From the NCBI GenBank assembly GCA_045534225.1, contig JAZSJJ010000005.1:93712-157711 (forward strand): a stretch of 64,000 bases of DNA, written 5' to 3'. The notes under the pieces were generated by a model that had not been told where the DNA came from, did no database searches, and saw nothing but the letters and a program-made list of their open reading frames with translations. Shown piece by piece: positions 60,173 through 64,000 of this stretch (its first letter is position 1; each line of letters begins with the position of its first letter). The position numbers were made by a program, and so were the translations under genes. This DNA comes from Clostridia bacterium. GTDB lineage: Bacteria; Bacillota; Clostridia; TANB77; CAG-465.

Positions 60173-60206
60173 CAAAAAGAGCAACTTAAAAGTTGCTCTT
60201 TTTGCG
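60173..60206 (+). terminator. rho-independent terminator
   Basis: Hairpin aaaaagagcaactt-aaa-agttgctcttttt. Confidence 0.75.
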
Positions 60207-60340
60207 TATATAATAATATTATATAAATAATATAAAATTTCTGTAAAATTATGTGAATTTTTGCGGTTTAGGTATACAAAAACAAACCTTTGTGATATAT
60301 TTTAATATAGAATTTTATAGGTTAAAAAGAAGGAGAAAGT

Positions 60341-63300
60341 ATGTTAAAGTTAAAGGGTATAACAAAAACATATGTTACTGCAAACGATAAAGTAGAAGCA
60401 TTAAAAGGAATAGATATAGAATTTAGAAAAGCAGAATTTGTATCTATACTTGGACAAAGCGGTTGCGGCAAGACAACATTATTAAATATTATAGGTGGAT
60501 TAGACAGATATACTAAAGGAGATTTAATAATTAATGGTAAATCTACTAAAGAGTTTAAGGATAGAGATTGGGATAGTTACAGAAACCACAGCGTAGGTTT
60601 TGTATTTCAAAGCTATAATTTGATACCACACCAAACAGTCTTAGCAAACGTAGAACTTGCATTAACTATAGGTGGTATATCTAAAAAAGCAAGACGTGAA
60701 AGAGCGAAGGTTGCTTTAGAGTTAGTAGGGCTTGGAGATCAAATACACAAAAAACCAAACCAATTATCTGGCGGACAAATGCAAAGAGTTGCAATAGCAA
60801 GAGCACTTGTTAACAATCCAGAGATTATTCTAGCAGACGAACCAACTGGTGCGTTAGATACAAAGACAAGTGTGCAAATAATGGAGATACTAAAAGAAGT
60901 ATCTAAAGATAGACTAGTTATAATGGTTACGCACAACCCAGAACTTGCTGAAACGTATTCTACAAGAATAGTTAAAATACGCGATGGAGAGCTTTTAGAT
61001 GACTCTAAACCATTTGATAGTTCTGTGGAAAAAGAGGAAAAACAACAGGCAAAAGCAAACAAAAAGCTTTCAATGTCAATATTTACAGCACTTTCTTTAA
61101 GCTTAAATAATTTGCTTACTAAGAAGGGGCGTACAATACTTACATCATTTGCAGGTTCAATAGGTATAATAGGTATCGCAATGATACTTTCACTATCTAC
61201 TGGTTTCCAAAACTATATAGATAAGATACAAGAAGACACACTAACATCGTACCCGTTCCAAATAACATCAGAAACGGCAGATGGAGCATCAATGCTTTTA
61301 TCTATGACAGGTGCAATGTCAGAAAATAATGCTACCGGGGAAAATGTAAAGGAAACTCAAAATATCCGTGAGATGTTTACTAAGATCGGAACAAATGATT
61401 TGAAATCTTTCAAATACCATTTAGAAAAGAATAAATCTGAAGTAGATAAGATGGTATCATTTACAAGATACACATATGGTATAACACCAATAATATATAC
61501 TAAAGATGTTACTGGTGAAATAGCAAAATTAAATCCAAGTAATTTAATGAATAGTATTAGTGGAAATTCTTCAGCTGGAACAATAATGTCATCTGCGGGT
61601 ATAACAGTATTTAATGAACTTGTAGATAACCAGGAAATGATAGAAGAACAATATGAACTACTAAAAGGTGATTGGCCAAAAGCATATAACGAAGTAATAA
61701 TAATACTTCCAAAACCAAATCAAATATCTGATATGCTACTTTACGGACTAGGTTTAAGAGATTTAGACGAGCTTGAGGATATGATAGCAGATATCATTCA
61801 ACAAAAAGAAGTAACAAATGACTCTAAACCTTTAGAGTATACATATGATGATCTTATGAATTTAACATTTAAGTTAGTTGATGCAAGTTCGTTATATAAA
61901 TACAACAGTAAATATGGAATATATGAGAACAAAGAAAATGACAAAGAATTTATAGAAAACATATATAACAAAGCAGAGAGAGTTAAAGTAGTTGGTATAG
62001 TAACACCAAAATCTAGTGAAAGTATGAGTATGCTAGCAGGTGTAGGATATACTAAAGCGCTTACAGAACATGTAATTAAAACAGCGGCTAAATCTGAAAT
62101 AGTAAAGAAACAATTGGCAGATAACGATGTAAATGTATTTAGTGGTAAAAACTTTGATGATGATGAAGAAAAAATGGGATTAGATTTCGAGGATATGATA
62201 TCTATAGATAAGAATATGCTAGCGTCAGCGTTTGGTGGTAATGTTAGCGAGAAAACAATTACAGATATGACTACTGGATATATGACTGAAATATCTAATG
62301 CCATAACAGTAAATACGTTACAAGCAGAAGTAGCATTTACTACAACATTAGAAACATTGACTAAAGAAATGTTAACTAACTATATAAAAGAAAATGCAGT
62401 TATGGGAATGGCAACAATGAAATTAAGCGTAGTAGATGCAGAAGTAGATAAGTATTTAAATACTGCGTCTGCAAAAGCTCATTTAGCAAAGTTAGAAAAA
62501 GATTATGTTGTACCTGTTTCTGTATTTAAGGATACATATGCTCAAATGATAAAAGGTTTCTTAAAAGGATATATAATGACTACTGGTAATGCAGGTAATA
62601 ATGGAAACGTAGATATATATAACGAAGAACTGGCAGGTATGTTTATGGAACAAATGGTAGAACCATTAGTTCAAGCTTTTGTAGCGCAAGATGCAATAAA
62701 AGTAGCTGGTACTCAAATGGGAGCTGCTATGACAGAAGCTACAATGCAAAAAACAATATTAACTAAAGTTGGTGAGTTAACAGCAAAACTTGCAGAAACT
62801 ATGGCAGGAGCATTCAAAGTAGATGAAAAGAAAATAGCTGCAGCATTTAAATTTGATATGAGTGAAGATGAAATAAGAAGCATAATAGAAACAATGACTA
62901 ATACTTCTACAGTACAAAATGCAACAACAAATTTAATAATGTTAGGTTATCAAGATTTAAATTCACCGACAACAATGCAGTTCTATTTTGAAAACTTCGA
63001 AAACAAAGAAAAATTCATTTCATTTTTAGATGCATACAATGATAAGATGGAAAAAGAAGATGACGAAAAAGTTATAAAATACACAGATGTAACAGGTATA
63101 TTAATGTCATCAGTAAAAGTAATAGTAGATAGTGTAAGCTATGTATTAATCGCGTTTGTAAGTATATCACTTGTTGTATCATCAATAATGATAGGAATAA
63201 TTACATACATTTCTGTACTAGAACGTACTAAAGAAATAGGTGTGTTAAGAGCAATTGGTGCTTCTAAGAAAGATATTTCTAGAGTGTTCAATGCAGAAAC

Positions 63301-63538
63301 ATTTATAGTAGGATTACTAGCAGGTTTAATAGGTATAGGTGCAACACTTATATTATTAGTACCAACAAATGCAATAATTCATGCGGCAACAAACAATCCT
63401 AATATTATAGCAGTGCTTCCAACAGTAGGTGGAATTGTACTTGTAATATTAAGTGTAATTCTTACATTAATAGGCGGATTAATACCATCTAAGTTAGCAA
63501 GTAAGAAAGATCCAGTTATTGCACTTAGAACAGAATAA
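60341..63538 (+). CDS. ABC transporter ATP-binding protein / FtsX-family permease fusion (MacB-like)
   Basis: N-terminal ABC ATPase ([34 protein letters not shown]), a large extracytoplasmic region, and a C-terminal FtsX four-transmembrane domain. Confidence 0.8.
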   Translation: MLKLKGITKTYVTANDKVEALKGIDIEFRKAEFVSILGQSGCGKTTLLNIIGGLDRYTKGDLIINGKSTKEFKDRDWDSYRNHSVGFVFQSYNLIPHQTVLANVELALTIGGISKKARRERAKVALELVGLGDQIHKKPNQLSGGQMQRVAIARALVNNPEIILADEPTGALDTKTSVQIMEILKEVSKDRLVIMVTHNPELAETYSTRIVKIRDGELLDDSKPFDSSVEKEEKQQAKANKKLSMSIFTALSLSLNNLLTKKGRTILTSFAGSIGIIGIAMILSLSTGFQNYIDKIQEDTLTSYPFQITSETADGASMLLSMTGAMSENNATGENVKETQNIREMFTKIGTNDLKSFKYHLEKNKSEVDKMVSFTRYTYGITPIIYTKDVTGEIAKLNPSNLMNSISGNSSAGTIMSSAGITVFNELVDNQEMIEEQYELLKGDWPKAYNEVIIILPKPNQISDMLLYGLGLRDLDELEDMIADIIQQKEVTNDSKPLEYTYDDLMNLTFKLVDASSLYKYNSKYGIYENKENDKEFIENIYNKAERVKVVGIVTPKSSESMSMLAGVGYTKALTEHVIKTAAKSEIVKKQLADNDVNVFSGKNFDDDEEKMGLDFEDMISIDKNMLASAFGGNVSEKTITDMTTGYMTEISNAITVNTLQAEVAFTTTLETLTKEMLTNYIKENAVMGMATMKLSVVDAEVDKYLNTASAKAHLAKLEKDYVVPVSVFKDTYAQMIKGFLKGYIMTTGNAGNNGNVDIYNEELAGMFMEQMVEPLVQAFVAQDAIKVAGTQMGAAMTEATMQKTILTKVGELTAKLAETMAGAFKVDEKKIAAAFKFDMSEDEIRSIIETMTNTSTVQNATTNLIMLGYQDLNSPTTMQFYFENFENKEKFISFLDAYNDKMEKEDDEKVIKYTDVTGILMSSVKVIVDSVSYVLIAFVSISLVVSSIMIGIITYISVLERTKEIGVLRAIGASKKDISRVFNAETFIVGLLAGLIGIGATLILLVPTNAIIHAATNNPNIIAVLPTVGGIVLVILSVILTLIGGLIPSKLASKKDPVIALRTE

Positions 63539-63682
63539 TATAAAAAAGAAATCAAGAGAAATCTTGGTTTCTTTTTTTATTGTTTTTGTTTAATATTTTG
63601 TAAATTATTATTATAAGTGATAAAACTACTTGTGTAAAAGGCCAATATGTTATAGAATAAAGAAATAAAGAGGGGTAAACAA

Positions 63683-63829
<147 letters not shown>

Positions 63830-63876
63830 GCATGTGCTGCTTTGCTTTTTTGCATGCAAAAAGGAGGAATAAAGAA

Positions 63877-64000
63877 ATGCAAAAGAAACAAGGTATATCC
63901 TTAATAGTATTAGTTAGTAGAATAATAGTAAAGATAATATAAGCAGCAAGTATAGTAATAACATTATCTAACACCGGCGTAATAAACAGAGCAAGTCAAG
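63877..64000 (+). pseudogene. pilin-like N-terminal domain paralog 4, disrupted by an in-frame TAA (codon 22) and charged substitutions in the transmembrane segment; 3' end outside the window
   Basis: AAAGGAGG RBS. The product MQKKQGISLIVLVSRIIVKII*AASIVITLSNTGVINRASQ aligns position-for-position with paralogs 1-3, with Leu-to-stop (TTA to TAA) and the changes I to S, T to R and M to K. Confidence 0.5.

Overview
This is a low-GC (about 30% GC) chromosomal window from a spore-forming Clostridia-like Firmicute. Most of it is housekeeping and sporulation genes: the 3' end of addB, dnaE, a DagK-like lipid kinase, leuS, a GGDEF-EAL protein, a Val-Asp-Phe-Gly tRNA operon, pssA, pheS-pheT behind a Phe T-box leader, a CotJC-like protein, a DivIVA-domain protein, spoIIP, rny, folC, a GNAT acetyltransferase, dinB, spoIVA, recJ, ung, queA, tgt, cls, dpaA, uppP, folD, pth, rplU-rpmA, trpS, obg, bofA and a MacB/FtsX-type ABC transporter. 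Several accessory-looking features interrupt this backbone. (1) Three tandem genes encode receiver-less paralogs of the Spo0A C-terminal DNA-binding domain; each has its own terminator, two have near-perfect sigma-A promoters, and their GC content is atypically high. (2) Four dispersed paralogs, one decayed to a pseudogene, share a non-canonical type-IV-pilin-like N terminus (KKGISLIVLVITIIVMIILAA, with Phe1 and Glu5 replaced). (3) An orphan VirD4/TraG-type coupling ATPase lies converging on one of those paralogs. (4) An atypical tRNA-Gly(TCC) borders a very AT-rich island carrying a tightly packed four-gene operon: an unknown protein, a PD-(D/E)XK-like protein, a PatB-type C-S lyase and an HD hydrolase. 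(5) An (AC)15 microsatellite sits inside a small RBS-preceded ORF. (6) Unknown genes are inserted into normally conserved contexts (queA-X-tgt and trpS-X-obg), and several small genes have foreign-looking codon usage. All calls come from reading the sequence and the ORF translations; no database search was possible.
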